Shown piece after piece: positions 17,262 to 28,095 of a stretch of DNA of 64,000 nucleotides (position 1 is its first letter; every line of letters starts with the position of its first letter). Made by a program: the position numbers and the translations under genes. The notes under the pieces were generated by a model, which searched no databases, was not told where the DNA came from, and worked only from the letters and a program-made list of their open reading frames with translations. Origin of the DNA: Candidatus Multivoradales bacterium (GTDB lineage Bacteria > Acidobacteriota > Thermoanaerobaculia > Multivoradales > JAHEKO01); contig CBDCVR010000013.1 in NCBI GenBank assembly GCA_965223155.1, positions 896,001 through 960,000 of the forward strand, written 5' to 3'.

Positions 17262-19256
17262 CTAGCCCGGGTCTGCCGCTACGCGGCGCATCAGGACACC
17301 CTGTCCGAAGGTACCGACGTAGAGCTTGCCGCTCGCGGACAGCGACAAGCCTTGAAGGACCGTACCGTCGTTGATTCCGGTACTGAAGGGCTTCCAACGC
17401 CTGCCGCCATTCGTCGATCGGAAGACACCCATGGTTGTCGCAAGGTAGAACCGATCGCGATGGAAGGCGTCGCCCACGACTGCGGAGGGCCGCGCGCGCG
17501 GCGGCAGGCCTCGTGCGCTCCGCCGCCAACTCGCACCGCCATCCGTGCTTCGATAGAGGCAGCGCGCCCCGGTACCGCAAACGGCGACAAGGGTATTCTG
17601 CCGCCGCCGATCGATGGCAAGGTCGAGGATTCTTCGTACCTGGAGGCCGGTTCGCTGCCACGTGACTCCACGATCGTCGCTACGGGCAAGACCGTCCCGC
17701 CCACCGGCGTACACGACCCCTGATCCCGAGACCGCTCGCACGACCCCGACGAACCCCTCCAGCTCGACGTCGGAACTCGACAGCGCCTCCCAGGTCGTCC
17801 CCCGGTCCTCGCTGATGAAGAGACCTTGCCCCGTCATCGCAGAGTACACGCGGGAAGAATCGTCCGGGTCGAACTCGATGGCGAGCATCTCGCCATCACC
17901 TTCTCCGACAACCGACGAGCCCGCCAGCGTCTCGCCACCGTCCCGGGACATCGAAATCTCGTTGCGAAACCCGACAAGAACGTAGGCGGGGTCCTGAGGA
18001 TCGATGGCTATCGAGAACGCATCGTCCAGCGCGCTGCGGCGCCAGCGGCGACCGGCCTCATCCAGAAAGAAGAGTGGGGCGCCGCATTGAGCGGCGGCGA
18101 AGGTCCTCCAGGGTCCTCTTGGAGGCGCTCCGGGAGGCGCCGACACCAGCAGAGACACGGCGGCCGCCCCAACACCGTGGTCCCGCAATCGCCACCGCCG
18201 GCCAGCGTTCACGCCTCGAAAGAGGCTGCTCCGCGTGCCCGCCCAGAGATCCCTGGGCCTTCGAAGGCTCCGCAGGAGCAGCAACACCTGCTCGCCACGC
18301 AGTCCCGCTTCCACCCATGTGCGGCCTCCGTCGTTGCTCACGGCAATGCCGGGCCCTCCGTCGCTTCGCACCAGCCCCGCGGTCAGTCGATCGGGCCTGC
18401 GCGGGTCTGTTGCCAGGGCCGTAAAGACCGCGTTCGAGGGAGCGACCGACACAGCCTGCCAGTCGAGGCCACCAGGGGTGCGAAACAGGCGATCTTGCCA
18501 GGTCGCAAAGACCTCCGCGCCGGCCGAGCCAAAGGTGAAGTTGGACAACCGCTCCGGCGGCGAATTCGCAGGGCCGCTCCAGGTTCGACCGCCGTTTCTC
18601 GTCCGAAACACGCCCCGAGACGTGGAAGCGTAGACAACCGACGGCCTCTCTGGATCGACTCCAAAGTCGTTGACGTCCGCTGCCGGCGTGATCTGCTGCC
18701 ATGAGGCGCCGTCGTCACGGGAAACAAACAATCCGCCTCCCCCGGCCGGCCGGGCAGCGAGCGCATATACGGGAAAAGGAGCGGCCTGTGCGATTCGGAG
18801 ATCTCGCACTTCAAGGCTCGGCAGCCCTGCGTTTCGTCGCGTCCAGGTGTCCCCGAAGTCGTCGCTTTGAAGAACCCCGTGGAGACGATTGGCGGCAACG
18901 ATCCGCGCCGGCCTTCCTGGATGGATGGCTGCCGCCGAGAACGCGCCATCAAAGAGTCCGCTGGCGATCTCGGCCCAATTTCGGCCCCGGTCCCCGCTGG
19001 CGAAGAGCCTGCCCGTCCGACCCGAACCGACAACGGCTACGAGGAAGCCAGTCCCTACCCGTCCTTCGGCAAGGGATCGGGTCTGGTCGCAGGCCGGGCC
19101 TCCGGAGCTCTCCCAGACGTTGGTGGCAGCCATCCCTGGCGAGCTCGGTCCCGACCCCGAGACACCCAGGGCCAGGGTCAGGGACAGCGCCACGGGGAGG
19201 CTGCTCCGGCGGCGGCGAGTTCCGGACGCGGCCGTCGACCTCCTGCCTGATACCAT
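17262..19256 (-). CDS. Secreted BNR/Asp-box repeat beta-propeller (VPS10/glycosyl hydrolase-like)
   Basis: Repeated S-x-D-x-G-x-[ST]-W motifs ([40 protein letters not shown]). Start uncertain. Confidence 0.85.
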   Translation of the reverse strand: MVSGRRSTAASGTRRRRSSLPVALSLTLALGVSGSGPSSPGMAATNVWESSGGPACDQTRSLAEGRVGTGFLVAVVGSGRTGRLFASGDRGRNWAEIASGLFDGAFSAAAIHPGRPARIVAANRLHGVLQSDDFGDTWTRRNAGLPSLEVRDLRIAQAAPFPVYALAARPAGGGGLFVSRDDGASWQQITPAADVNDFGVDPERPSVVYASTSRGVFRTRNGGRTWSGPANSPPERLSNFTFGSAGAEVFATWQDRLFRTPGGLDWQAVSVAPSNAVFTALATDPRRPDRLTAGLVRSDGGPGIAVSNDGGRTWVEAGLRGEQVLLLLRSLRRPRDLWAGTRSSLFRGVNAGRRWRLRDHGVGAAAVSLLVSAPPGAPPRGPWRTFAAAQCGAPLFFLDEAGRRWRRSALDDAFSIAIDPQDPAYVLVGFRNEISMSRDGGETLAGSSVVGEGDGEMLAIEFDPDDSSRVYSAMTGQGLFISEDRGTTWEALSSSDVELEGFVGVVRAVSGSGVVYAGGRDGLARSDDRGVTWQRTGLQVRRILDLAIDRRRQNTLVAVCGTGARCLYRSTDGGASWRRSARGLPPRARPSAVVGDAFHRDRFYLATTMGVFRSTNGGRRWKPFSTGINDGTVLQGLSLSASGKLYVGTFGQGVLMRRVAADPG

Positions 19257-19409
19257 CTGCGACCCGGGGCGTCCTACTCCTCCCGCGACCACTCGACTCA
19301 AACCGGACACCCGGCGATCATACTGAAGTCTTCGTCTCAGTCGGATCCACCCGGCAAAGACAACACACCGGCTCCGACGCGGCGCGACCGGCCTCCGGTC
19401 GCGCCGTCA

Positions 19410-20303
19410 CTAGCCTCTCAGGAACTCGCGAAGCCGCTCCCAGACAACGTCCCGCCCCAGGAGATCGTTATGGCCGGCGCCGACGACTTCGAGGTATTCG
19501 GCCAGATTGGAGCCCCAGCCCGGGTCTGAGTCTGAACCTGAACGGCTACCGAGCTCTCGAACGCTCGCCGCCAGGTCCCGTCCCAGCTCGGCCGGAATGA
19601 TGCGGTCGTCGGTGCCGTGGACGACGAGCACCGGAAGCGGATTCGCCGTCAGCGCCGAAGCCAGCGCGGACCGGGTGTCGTAGGTCTCGCGCAGAAGCAT
19701 GCCTACCATCCAGGCCGGGTAGTGGCGGGACGCGATCTCATGGAGGGTCGTCCAGGGGCTCAGGAGAGCCAGCCCGGCAAAGCCATCTCCGCCGGAAGCA
19801 TCCGGATCGGCAGAGCCGGGCGCGGCCGCTGACGCGCTAGCGACCTGCGCCGCGACCGCGGCGCCGAGCGACCAGCCGACAAGGTAGACGCGGCTGTCGG
19901 GATGCCGGCGGGCGAGCTCAGCGGCGGCGGCCGCTCCGGCGGCTATGTTGGCCTCCTCGGACGGGCTCCCGCCGCTTCGGCCGTAGCCGGGATAGTCGAC
20001 CACCAGGGCGTGGACGCCGAGTGCGTGGAGACGATCGAGGGTCCCCGCCTGGCGCAGGGTCTCGAGGTTCTCGCCGTTGCCGTGGAAGAAGACGACCGCC
20101 GGCGCGGACGGTTCGGCAGCCGTGTGAGCCCAGGCCACGCTCCCAGCCTCCGAGCCGTCGCCCAGCACGACTTCCTCGAAGCCCGGAGGAGGCGGCCCCA
20201 CCGCGATCGGCGGCGCCGGGTACAGAAGCGACTTCATCGAGCAGGCCGGCAGCAGGAGCAGTCCCGCCATCCAGACGAGGCAGGACGGTAGGCGGGCGCC
20301 CAC
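19410..20303 (-). CDS. Alpha/beta hydrolase lipoprotein (BEM46/ABHD13-like)
   Basis: Lipobox LPAC; FFHGNGE, DYPGYGRS, GWSLG, HGTDD, GAGHND. Confidence 0.9.
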   Translation of the reverse strand: MGARLPSCLVWMAGLLLLPACSMKSLLYPAPPIAVGPPPPGFEEVVLGDGSEAGSVAWAHTAAEPSAPAVVFFHGNGENLETLRQAGTLDRLHALGVHALVVDYPGYGRSGGSPSEEANIAAGAAAAAELARRHPDSRVYLVGWSLGAAVAAQVASASAAAPGSADPDASGGDGFAGLALLSPWTTLHEIASRHYPAWMVGMLLRETYDTRSALASALTANPLPVLVVHGTDDRIIPAELGRDLAASVRELGSRSGSDSDPGWGSNLAEYLEVVGAGHNDLLGRDVVWERLREFLRG

Positions 20304-20310
20304 GAGCCGA

Positions 20311-20934
20311 TCAAGCCGGCACCGGCAGCTCGAGGCCGCAGCGCTCCAAGAGGTTCTGGATGATCCGGGCGGTCAGGCCCCAGACCTGGTGCCGGCCGAC
20401 GTGGTAGATGCGAATCGACCGGTCCACGTCGTTGACGGTGACCACCCGGTCCTCGACCACCCTGGCGTCGGCGAAGGCGGTCAGGGGAATCGAGAAGACT
20501 TCGGCGATCTCGGCCTCGTTGATGCGGGTCTCGAACGGAAAGGGCACGGCTCCGACGCAGGGCCGAATGGTGTAGCCGCTGAAGGTCTCCAGATCGTCGA
20601 GCTGGCCGATCCGCGCCACTCGCCGGCCGTCCAGACCGACCTCTTCATTGGATTCACGGAGCGCTGCGTCCCAGGCGGCCTCGCCCAGCTCGCAGCCGCC
20701 GCCCGGAAACGCCACCTGCCCGCTGTGCTGGGGCAGCTCGTCCGAGCGCCTGGTCAAGAACAGCCAGAGCTCGCCCGCTTCGACGTACAGAGGCACCAGC
20801 ACGGCGGCGCGGCGGCTGGCGCCCGCCTGCTTCCGAACCGGCTCCGGCTCGGCCAAGCGGGCACGCAGCTCGGTGATCCAGCTCGGGCCAGCGGCGGAGA
20901 CCTCGGTCGGCTCGCTCGTTTCGGTCGCGGACAT
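20311..20934 (-). CDS. Nudix hydrolase, CoA pyrophosphatase family
   Basis: AAVLVPL, LTRRS..L.QHSGQVAFPGG, ALRESNEEVGL Nudix box, VWGLTARI. Confidence 0.93.
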   Translation of the reverse strand: MSATETSEPTEVSAAGPSWITELRARLAEPEPVRKQAGASRRAAVLVPLYVEAGELWLFLTRRSDELPQHSGQVAFPGGGCELGEAAWDAALRESNEEVGLDGRRVARIGQLDDLETFSGYTIRPCVGAVPFPFETRINEAEIAEVFSIPLTAFADARVVEDRVVTVNDVDRSIRIYHVGRHQVWGLTARIIQNLLERCGLELPVPA

Positions 20935-21147
20935 CGGGCAAGTTTCGCCGATCTCGGCGCGGCGGGGCAACTCCCGGCCAGCATGCGGTCTCGAACCGCG
21001 TCCGGCAAGTCCCGTCCCGCTGCATCGCTTCCCTACTCCTTCGGAGCGGACTCCCTCCGCTCCATGCGCGCAGCCGTCTCCTCTATGACAGTCTTTGACT
21101 GCGAGGTCGCGTGCAGGCGACGGTCGCAACCACCTACCGCTACCGTC

Positions 21148-21804
21148 ATGGGACTCGTCACCGACCGCCTCGCCGGCTCCGAGCCCGTCCTGGACAAGGG
21201 TGACGTCACCGTCCTCGACGCCGTCTTACGATCCTGGCGGGATCCCGAGCATCCCGATCGGGACGCGATCGGCGCCGAGATGGCCGAGCTGCTGTCATCT
21301 GAAGACAACCGCCTGCGAGCGGCGGCCTGTGTCTTCTTCCGCACCTTCGGCGAGGCACCCGACGCCGGCCGGCTCTTCGAGGCGATCACGAACACGCCCG
21401 AGGCCTTCGACGGCGTCGAGAATCCTTGGACCCAGGAGGCCGCCGATCTGCGCGGCCTCGTGGCGGCCGCGCTCGCCGCCCGGCTCCCGGCCGCGGGTGA
21501 GGCCGTCCGGCGTTGGGTCCAGGCCGAAGCTCTGGCTCCCGGGCGCGGTAGCACCAAGGTTCTGGCCGGGCTGACTCGCGCCGAGCCGGATTGGGTGCAC
21601 GAGCACGCCGGCGAGATCGCCACCGCGAATCCGAAGACCCTGCCACTCCTCGTGACCCTGCTGCAGCGCGCCGGGCGGCTCGACGCCGAAGTCGTGCAGC
21701 GGCTGGCCGAGATCGATTCGTCCGAGGTCCTCGCCGCGCTCGAGCGCTTCCCGGGCGACGGACCCGAGCGGGCGCTCCTGGCCGAGCTTCGGAGCGGGGC
21801 TTAG
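21148..21804 (+). CDS. Hypothetical alpha-helical (HEAT-like) protein
   Basis: The C-terminal part of ORF 20389-21804 from ATG 21148 has coding-like codon use and fills the gap between neighbouring genes. Confidence 0.7.
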   Translation: MGLVTDRLAGSEPVLDKGDVTVLDAVLRSWRDPEHPDRDAIGAEMAELLSSEDNRLRAAACVFFRTFGEAPDAGRLFEAITNTPEAFDGVENPWTQEAADLRGLVAAALAARLPAAGEAVRRWVQAEALAPGRGSTKVLAGLTRAEPDWVHEHAGEIATANPKTLPLLVTLLQRAGRLDAEVVQRLAEIDSSEVLAALERFPGDGPERALLAELRSGA

Positions 21805-23654
21805 GAGCCCGGGCTCTCGGGTACGACCGCCGGCACGACCGAAAAGGCAACGCCGGCCTCGCCGGCCTGATCCACCGCCAGACGCATCCGGAACATCCGG
21901 TAGGAGCGCTCGCCGGTCCAGAGACGGTGCCGGGCAAGGCCCTGCTTTTCGGGCTCGAAGCGGTAGGTGGTGCCGCCATCGGGCCGGAAGATGAGGTTCT
22001 GGAGGGTCGCTCCTCCGACTTCGACCGCGTCCTCCGAGCCCGCGCGGCCGGCCGCTCCCGCCCTCATCTCGACGTCGAAATACGCAAGCTCGCCGGCGGT
22101 CGCGATCAGAAGTTCGCCGGACGCCCGCCGTCCTGGCGAGCCGGCCGGGCGCAGCACGAAGTGCGAGCGCCGGCCGCCGGAGTCGAGGTTGGCGCTTACC
22201 GCCCGCACGATCGAATCGTTGGTCACCACCTCGGCCGCGGTCGGCAGGTAGCGCTGGGTGCTCTCGACCGGCAGGCGGGCCGCCACCGGTCCGACGATCG
22301 CGTTCTGGCGCAGATCCCCGGCGTGGCTGAGCGGGTGGGCCCAGAGCGGCAGCGTCAAGACGCCGCCGAGGATCGCCGCGGCGGCGGCGATTGCCGGCCG
22401 CGCCGGCATCCGGACTCCAGCCGCTAGGACCGGCAGGGCCGGCAGCAGACGCCGGCAACCCAGGGCCTCGGCCCCTCCCAAGAGATCGAAGGGCTCGAGC
22501 AGCACGATGGCGGCGAGACTCACCGCCGCGCCGGCCGTGACGACCCGGTCGACGCCCCCAGAGGTGGCGACGAGAATCCAGAGCGGCAAGGCCAGGAGGA
22601 GCACGCCACCGGTGCGCCCGACGAGGGCATAGACGAGGTTCCAACCGACGAGGCTCGGCTCCAGAGCCAAGCGGTCCGAAACGGCGACGCCGCTAGCCGT
22701 CGCCGCGCGCTCGGCCCAGGTTCGGGCTTGGCCGACTTTGTCGGTCGCCAAGACACCGACGCTCGGGTCGTCGGCGAAAACGTTGCCGTCCGGCACCGCC
22801 AGCCGGTCGGTCAGGAAGAGCCCGCCGAGGACCAAAATCGCCCCCAGGGCCAGGGCGGCGAGCCGGGTCGGCGTCGCCAGGCCGCGGCCGGCGAAGGCCA
22901 CGGCCAGGGCCACCGGCGCGAGATAGGGCTCCTGCGCCACGGCCGCGCCGAGCAGAATCCCGGCCAGGAGCCAGGCCGGAGCCGGTAGCGCCGCGGATCC
23001 CAGATCCACGAAGATCTCGGGTAGAGGGCCGCTGGGAAGCGCCCCCCAACGCAGGATCACGTAGGCGGCGAGCAGGGCGGCCGCCACCAGGAGCTCGGGC
23101 CAGGCCGACCGGGCATAGGCGGCGAGCGGCGTTCCGGCGAGGACGGCGACGGCCCAGAGGGGCGCCGAGGATGGGTTCTCGGCTCGGAGCCAATAGGCCA
23201 GAAGCCAACCCAGGAACACCAGAAGAGCGGCGTTTAACAACAACATCCCTCGCTCCGGGGCCACCAGGGCCAAGGGCGCGGCCGCCAGGGCGAACGGGAG
23301 GGGCCGGTAGTAGCGAAGCTCGGGCTCGGCGGTTTCGGAGCCAGCGCTTCCGCCCGAGGCCAGGCGAACCTGGAGATCTTCGGGCCAGCCTTCGTCCGCG
23401 GCCGCCGCCTTCTCCAAGAAGCGCTCGCGGTCCTCTTGGGTGTAGGCAAGATCGCCGTCCCGCGCGAGGCTTTCGGCCTGAAGGTACGCGGTCGCCTCTT
23501 GGTCTCCGCGAGGCGTCGGATCCACGACCAGCGAGGCGCCGACGGCGGCTACTAGGAGCGCCGCCAGGAGCAGCCAGCCAAGGGCCTGGCTCAGGACCTG
23601 GTTCGGAGCCTGGCTCGCAGATGGGCCCGCTAGCTTCTTGACGAGTTCTTGCAC
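21801..23654 (-). CDS. Polytopic membrane protein, GT-C glycosyltransferase-like
   Basis: GDQEATAYLQAESLARDGDL loop after TM1, about 11 TMs, WPE motif, GCRRLLP; adjacent to a GT4 gene. Confidence 0.7.
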   Translation of the reverse strand: MQELVKKLAGPSASQAPNQVLSQALGWLLLAALLVAAVGASLVVDPTPRGDQEATAYLQAESLARDGDLAYTQEDRERFLEKAAAADEGWPEDLQVRLASGGSAGSETAEPELRYYRPLPFALAAAPLALVAPERGMLLLNAALLVFLGWLLAYWLRAENPSSAPLWAVAVLAGTPLAAYARSAWPELLVAAALLAAYVILRWGALPSGPLPEIFVDLGSAALPAPAWLLAGILLGAAVAQEPYLAPVALAVAFAGRGLATPTRLAALALGAILVLGGLFLTDRLAVPDGNVFADDPSVGVLATDKVGQARTWAERAATASGVAVSDRLALEPSLVGWNLVYALVGRTGGVLLLALPLWILVATSGGVDRVVTAGAAVSLAAIVLLEPFDLLGGAEALGCRRLLPALPVLAAGVRMPARPAIAAAAAILGGVLTLPLWAHPLSHAGDLRQNAIVGPVAARLPVESTQRYLPTAAEVVTNDSIVRAVSANLDSGGRRSHFVLRPAGSPGRRASGELLIATAGELAYFDVEMRAGAAGRAGSEDAVEVGGATLQNLIFRPDGGTTYRFEPEKQGLARHRLWTGERSYRMFRMRLAVDQAGEAGVAFSVVPAVVPESPGS

Positions 23655-23682
23655 GGTGACGACGGGCGGCTTGCCGGCTCGA

Positions 23683-25287
23683 TCAGTCGTACTCGCCGAC
23701 CCAGGACGGGCCGCCCAGGCCGGCCAGCCCCGAGATGAACTCGACGTGCGGCTCGATCACCAGGAACCGGCTCTGTCGAGGACGGCGCAAGGCGAAGCGG
23801 AAGGTGTAGGCGTCTCCGGTGTCCAGACGCCGCGGCAGCTCTTCTTGCAGATCCACGAGCGCGTCACCGCCTCGCTCGCTTCGCCACTCGACCCCCAGGA
23901 GCACGCCACCGGGCTTGTCCTTCGTCGCCAGCCAGCGCGCCCGACCGGTGTTGGTCAGCGTGACCTCGAGCTCGCGCCGCGCGCCCTCGGGCCAATCGGC
24001 GTCGGCGCCCGAGACCGCGATCTCGCCGGGGAGCTCACACCAGAGAAGCGAGGTGGGCGGCGCCACCTTGGCTTCGCGCTCGGGCGGCGGCTCGAGCCCA
24101 GCCAGCTCAGAGGCCGCGGCCACCACGGCCTCGGCCGCCCGGCGCGGGTCGTGGGTCTCGGCGACGTAGGCCCTTGCCCGCTCCCCCATCTGGGCAAGCC
24201 GCTCAGGCTCGGCCAGGATCTCGCCGGCGGTCGCCGCCAGGGCCTCGGCTTCGCCCTCCCCCAGTGGCACGTGAACCACGATGTCCGGCGACAGCTCCCG
24301 GAACTGGGCGTAGTCGGAGACGATCGTGGGCCGGCCGAGGGCCAGCACCCGAAGCAGCGAGGCCGAGGTCTCGCCCGCGGTCGGATACCGGAGGTTGATA
24401 CAGAGGTCGCAGGCCGCGATCGCGGTGCCGAACTCGGCATAGGGCAGAAAGCCGGTGACGTGAACGCGGTCGGCGACTCCGAGGTCCGAGGCCCTCTCTT
24501 CCAGGCCCATCCCCGCCGAGACTTCTCCGGCGATCACCAGATGGGCGTCTTCGAGGCCGGGCTGGGCCAGCGCCTCGATCGCCACCGCCGTACGCTTGAT
24601 CGGCGTCTGGAATCCGAAGGAACCCAGGAGCGGCCGGTCTCCGGGCAGACCGTGACGCTCGCGGAACGCGGCGGCGGCGTCCGCGCCCTCCGGCTCGGGC
24701 AGGGGAACGCCCATGGGCACGACCCGGACGGCGACGTCCGGGTTCTCTTCGAGCACCTGATCGGCAGCCCAGCGGCTATGGACCAACACTCCCCGCTGGG
24801 AGCGCACCAGGGTGCGGTGCGCCGGCAGCTCGAACATGGCGGCGCTCGAAAGCTCACCCCAGGCCCTGGCCTTGGCGGTCAGCCGGCCGATCCAGCCGTG
24901 ATCGGCTTCCAGCCGTTCGGCATAGGCGTCGAAGTCGCCGTGCGCCAGCGTGGCCTCGATCAGGAGGTGGTGGAGGACGACGTCATGGAGCGTCACCACG
25001 CCCGGAATCTCGAGGGCCAGGCACAGAACCTCCTCGTGGTGCGGGTTGTTGCCCATCTGGAAGAGCGGCAGCCGGCCGTCTTCCCCGAGCCGATCCGCCT
25101 CGACCGGGGCGTAGGTCGCCACCATCTCGTCCGAGACCTCCTGGCCGGGAAGCCTCACCACCCGGACGTCGGCCAGGTCGGCCAGCGCAGCTAGTAGGTC
25201 GCGGCTGTAGTCGGCGATGCCCGAGCGCACCGGCGGCAGCGGTGAGACGTAATCGAGCGAAAGCGAGCGGTCGGCGGAGTCGGACAT
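23683..25287 (-). CDS. Glycosyltransferase family 4 with C-terminal extension
   Basis: SPLPPVRSGIADYS, QMGNNPHH, LHDVVLHH, NLRYPTAGETSA. Confidence 0.92.
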   Translation of the reverse strand: MSDSADRSLSLDYVSPLPPVRSGIADYSRDLLAALADLADVRVVRLPGQEVSDEMVATYAPVEADRLGEDGRLPLFQMGNNPHHEEVLCLALEIPGVVTLHDVVLHHLLIEATLAHGDFDAYAERLEADHGWIGRLTAKARAWGELSSAAMFELPAHRTLVRSQRGVLVHSRWAADQVLEENPDVAVRVVPMGVPLPEPEGADAAAAFRERHGLPGDRPLLGSFGFQTPIKRTAVAIEALAQPGLEDAHLVIAGEVSAGMGLEERASDLGVADRVHVTGFLPYAEFGTAIAACDLCINLRYPTAGETSASLLRVLALGRPTIVSDYAQFRELSPDIVVHVPLGEGEAEALAATAGEILAEPERLAQMGERARAYVAETHDPRRAAEAVVAAASELAGLEPPPEREAKVAPPTSLLWCELPGEIAVSGADADWPEGARRELEVTLTNTGRARWLATKDKPGGVLLGVEWRSERGGDALVDLQEELPRRLDTGDAYTFRFALRRPRQSRFLVIEPHVEFISGLAGLGGPSWVGEYD

Positions 25288-25294
25288 GTCTCGG

Positions 25295-26417
25295 CTAGGA
25301 GCCCGTCGCGGAGCTGGCGGCGCTCGAATCGATTTGGCTTTCCAGCAGGGCTTCGATGAATGGGTCGATGCCCCCGTCCAGAACTTTCTGCGTGTCCCCC
25401 ACTTCAGCCTTGGTGCGGTGGTCCTTGACCATGCGATACGGGTGCAGGACGTAGCTTCGAATCTGGCTGCCCCAGGCGATATCCAACTTCTCGCCCTCAC
25501 GCTCGGCCTGCTCTTCGCGCCGCTTCTGCATCTCCAGGTCGTACAGCCGGGCTTTCAGGATCTTCATCGCGGTCGCCCGGTTCTTGATCTGGCTGCGCTC
25601 GTTCTGGCAGGCCACGACGATGTTGGTCGGCATGTGGGTGATGCGCACGGCGGACTCGGTCTTGTTGACGTGCTGGCCGCCGGCGCCCGAGGCTCGGTAG
25701 GTGTCGATGCGGAGGTCCTTGTCCTCGATGTCGATCTCGACGTCGTCGTCCACCTCGGGATAGACGTAGACCGAGGCGAAGGACGTGTGCCGGCGGTTCT
25801 GGGAGTCGAACGGGCTGATCCGTACCAGCCGGTGCACGCCGCTCTCGCCCTTCAAGTAGCCGTAGGCGTAGTCGCCGCGCACCGCCACGGTGGCGCTCTT
25901 GATCCCGGCCTCTTCGCCGTCCAGGCGCTCCAGAAGCTGGATCTCGTAGCCGTGCTCCTCGCCCCAGCGCAGGTACATGCGCAGCAGCATCTCGGCCCAG
26001 TCCTGGGACTCGGTGCCGCCGGCGCCGGGATGAATCGCCACCAGTGCCGCCTTCTCGTCGTCCGGCCCGGAGAGCTTCAGCAGCAGCTCCAGCTCCTGGA
26101 TCTCGGTGTCGATACGCGCCAGGAAGGCCTCGGCCTCGGCGTCCATCTCGCCCTCGGCCAAGAGCTCGCGCCAGGTGGCCAGCTCTTCGCCGTCAGTGCG
26201 AAGCTTGTCCAGGGTCTCGATCCGCCGCTCCAGACCGCGGCGGCGCCTCAGAGTCGTTGCGCTTTGCTTGGGGTCGTCCCAGAAGCCGGGCGCTTCCATC
26301 TCGCGATCGATGGCAGCGATCTCGTGCTCGAGGCCGGTATCCTCAAAGATACCCCCTGAGCAGCTCGAGGCGGCTTGCCAGCTGCTCCATGTGTTGCTGC
26401 GTTTCGATCGGAATCAT
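25295..26417 (-). CDS. prfB: Peptide chain release factor 2 with programmed +1 frameshift
   Basis: Frame 0 MIPIETQQHMEQLASRLELLRGYL ends at AGGGGG-TAT-CTT-TGA (26357-26343); the +1 frame continues EDTGLEHE... and contains the SPF and GGQ motifs. ATG overlaps the lnt stop (ATGA). Confidence 0.97.
26343..26357 (-). promoter_or_regulatory. prfB frameshift cassette (internal SD + CTT TGA)
   Basis: AGGGGG TAT CTT TGA G on the minus strand. Confidence 0.95.
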
Positions 26418-28012
26418 GACGCGTCCCGGCTGTTCTCTCGGGCCTCCTCCTGACGACTGGACCGGATCGAAGCCCGACGCAATATAGCAAAGGCCACCAC
26501 CAGCCAGGCCACGACCGGAACCGCCCACGGAGCCCTAGAATAAGGGCTCAGGCGCTCGCGGCCGACGACCGATTCGGTGATCGTGCCGAGCTCCCCGACG
26601 CCCAGTTGGCGCCGCACCGAGCCGTCCGCGTCAATGACTACCGAAACGCCCGTGATCGCGGCCCGGAGAAGCACTCGCCGGTTCTCGGCGGCCCGGAAGC
26701 GGGCCGCCCGCAGATGCTGCCAGGGAGCCCAGGTGTCCCCGTACCAGGCGTCGTTGGTGACCGTGGCCAGAAGTGTCGCGCCCCTCTGGACCTTGCCGGC
26801 CACGCTCGACGGGAAGATGACTTCGAAGCAGATCGACACTCCGATCGCCTCCTCGCCCCAGGCCACGTTGCCGGCGGCCTCGCCCTTCGAAAAATCCCCG
26901 GCCGCCCGAGCCAAACGCTGTAGGAACGGTAGCGCGCCGTCGAAGGGGACGTACTCGCCGAAGGGCACCAGGTGCTGCTTGTCGTAGCGTCCGACGGTCC
27001 CGAGCTCGTCGCCCGGTTCGACCAGCAGAGCGGCGTTGAAGTGCTCGCCGGCCCGGTCTCCCCGACCCTCGAAGGGCGAGTTCAAGAGTACCGAACAACC
27101 GCCCTCGCCCAGGCGGGCGAGATCGGCGCGCAGGTGCGGGTGCCGCTCGTAGGCGTAGGGCCAGACCGCGCTCTCGGGCCAGAGCAGAAGCGTGTCCGGC
27201 CGGCAGGCGGGCGAAGATTGCTCAAAGATCTTGGCGTAGTTGCGCTGGACCGTCGCCGGATCGTAGGCCGTGGCGTTGGGAATATTCGGCTGGAGCACGG
27301 CGACCGCAACCGGCTGGCGGGCCGCGCTGCCGCCACCGCTCCGAGCGTGGCGAGTGCCGGCAGTCTCGAGATGATGGTCCCGCGCCGCCACCGAAGCCAG
27401 CGCCGCGATCGCGAGCGCCGTCCAGACCGGCAGCCGCCAGCTTCGGCCCCTGAGGCCGTGGGCGATGGCGACATTGCCGGCCACTAGCAGGGCCGAGACA
27501 CCATGGACGCCCAGCCAGGAGCTTGCCGCCAGCATTCCGGGAACGTCCAGCGCGGCGTAGCCGGCCAGATTCCACGGAAAGCCGGTAAAGACCCAGCCGC
27601 GAAGTAGCTCGGTCACGACCCACAGAGCCGGCAAGACGGCGAGTGCCCGAGCCGTTGCTCTGCGTCCACCCAGCAGCCAAGCGCCCAGGCCGGCGAAAAG
27701 CGCCGGGTACACGGCAAGGTACCCGGCAAGGAGCACGAGCGCAATCCAGGCCAGCGCCGGCGACAGGCCGCCGTAGGTGTCAACGGTCGCCGGGATCCAG
27801 GCCATCGAGGTCGCCCAAAAGGAGAGTCCGAAGAGCCAGCCGGACAGCACCGGCCGGCGACCTTCCAGGAGCAGGATGAGGGGCACCAACGCCAGCCAGG
27901 GAACGACCACCAGCGGCTCGGGCGCGAAGCAAAGCGCCCACAGAGCGCCCGCGGCCAGGGCGACCGCGGCACGGCACGCCGCCGAGAACCAGGAGGAACG
28001 TCGCTTGGTCAT
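26414..28012 (-). CDS. lnt: Apolipoprotein N-acyltransferase
   Basis: TGFPW, QPNI, WPESA, YDKQHLVPFGEYVP, ICFEVIF, TNDAWYG, RAAENRR. Confidence 0.96.
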   Translation of the reverse strand: MTKRRSSWFSAACRAAVALAAGALWALCFAPEPLVVVPWLALVPLILLLEGRRPVLSGWLFGLSFWATSMAWIPATVDTYGGLSPALAWIALVLLAGYLAVYPALFAGLGAWLLGGRRATARALAVLPALWVVTELLRGWVFTGFPWNLAGYAALDVPGMLAASSWLGVHGVSALLVAGNVAIAHGLRGRSWRLPVWTALAIAALASVAARDHHLETAGTRHARSGGGSAARQPVAVAVLQPNIPNATAYDPATVQRNYAKIFEQSSPACRPDTLLLWPESAVWPYAYERHPHLRADLARLGEGGCSVLLNSPFEGRGDRAGEHFNAALLVEPGDELGTVGRYDKQHLVPFGEYVPFDGALPFLQRLARAAGDFSKGEAAGNVAWGEEAIGVSICFEVIFPSSVAGKVQRGATLLATVTNDAWYGDTWAPWQHLRAARFRAAENRRVLLRAAITGVSVVIDADGSVRRQLGVGELGTITESVVGRERLSPYSRAPWAVPVVAWLVVAFAILRRASIRSSRQEEARENSRDAS

Positions 28013-28095
28013 GACGGGAGCGGTCCGGGCCGAACCCGATCGCCGGCCAGCACCGGCCTCAGGCCCCGCGGCGGGTTCCCGGTGAGCAGGTCAGG

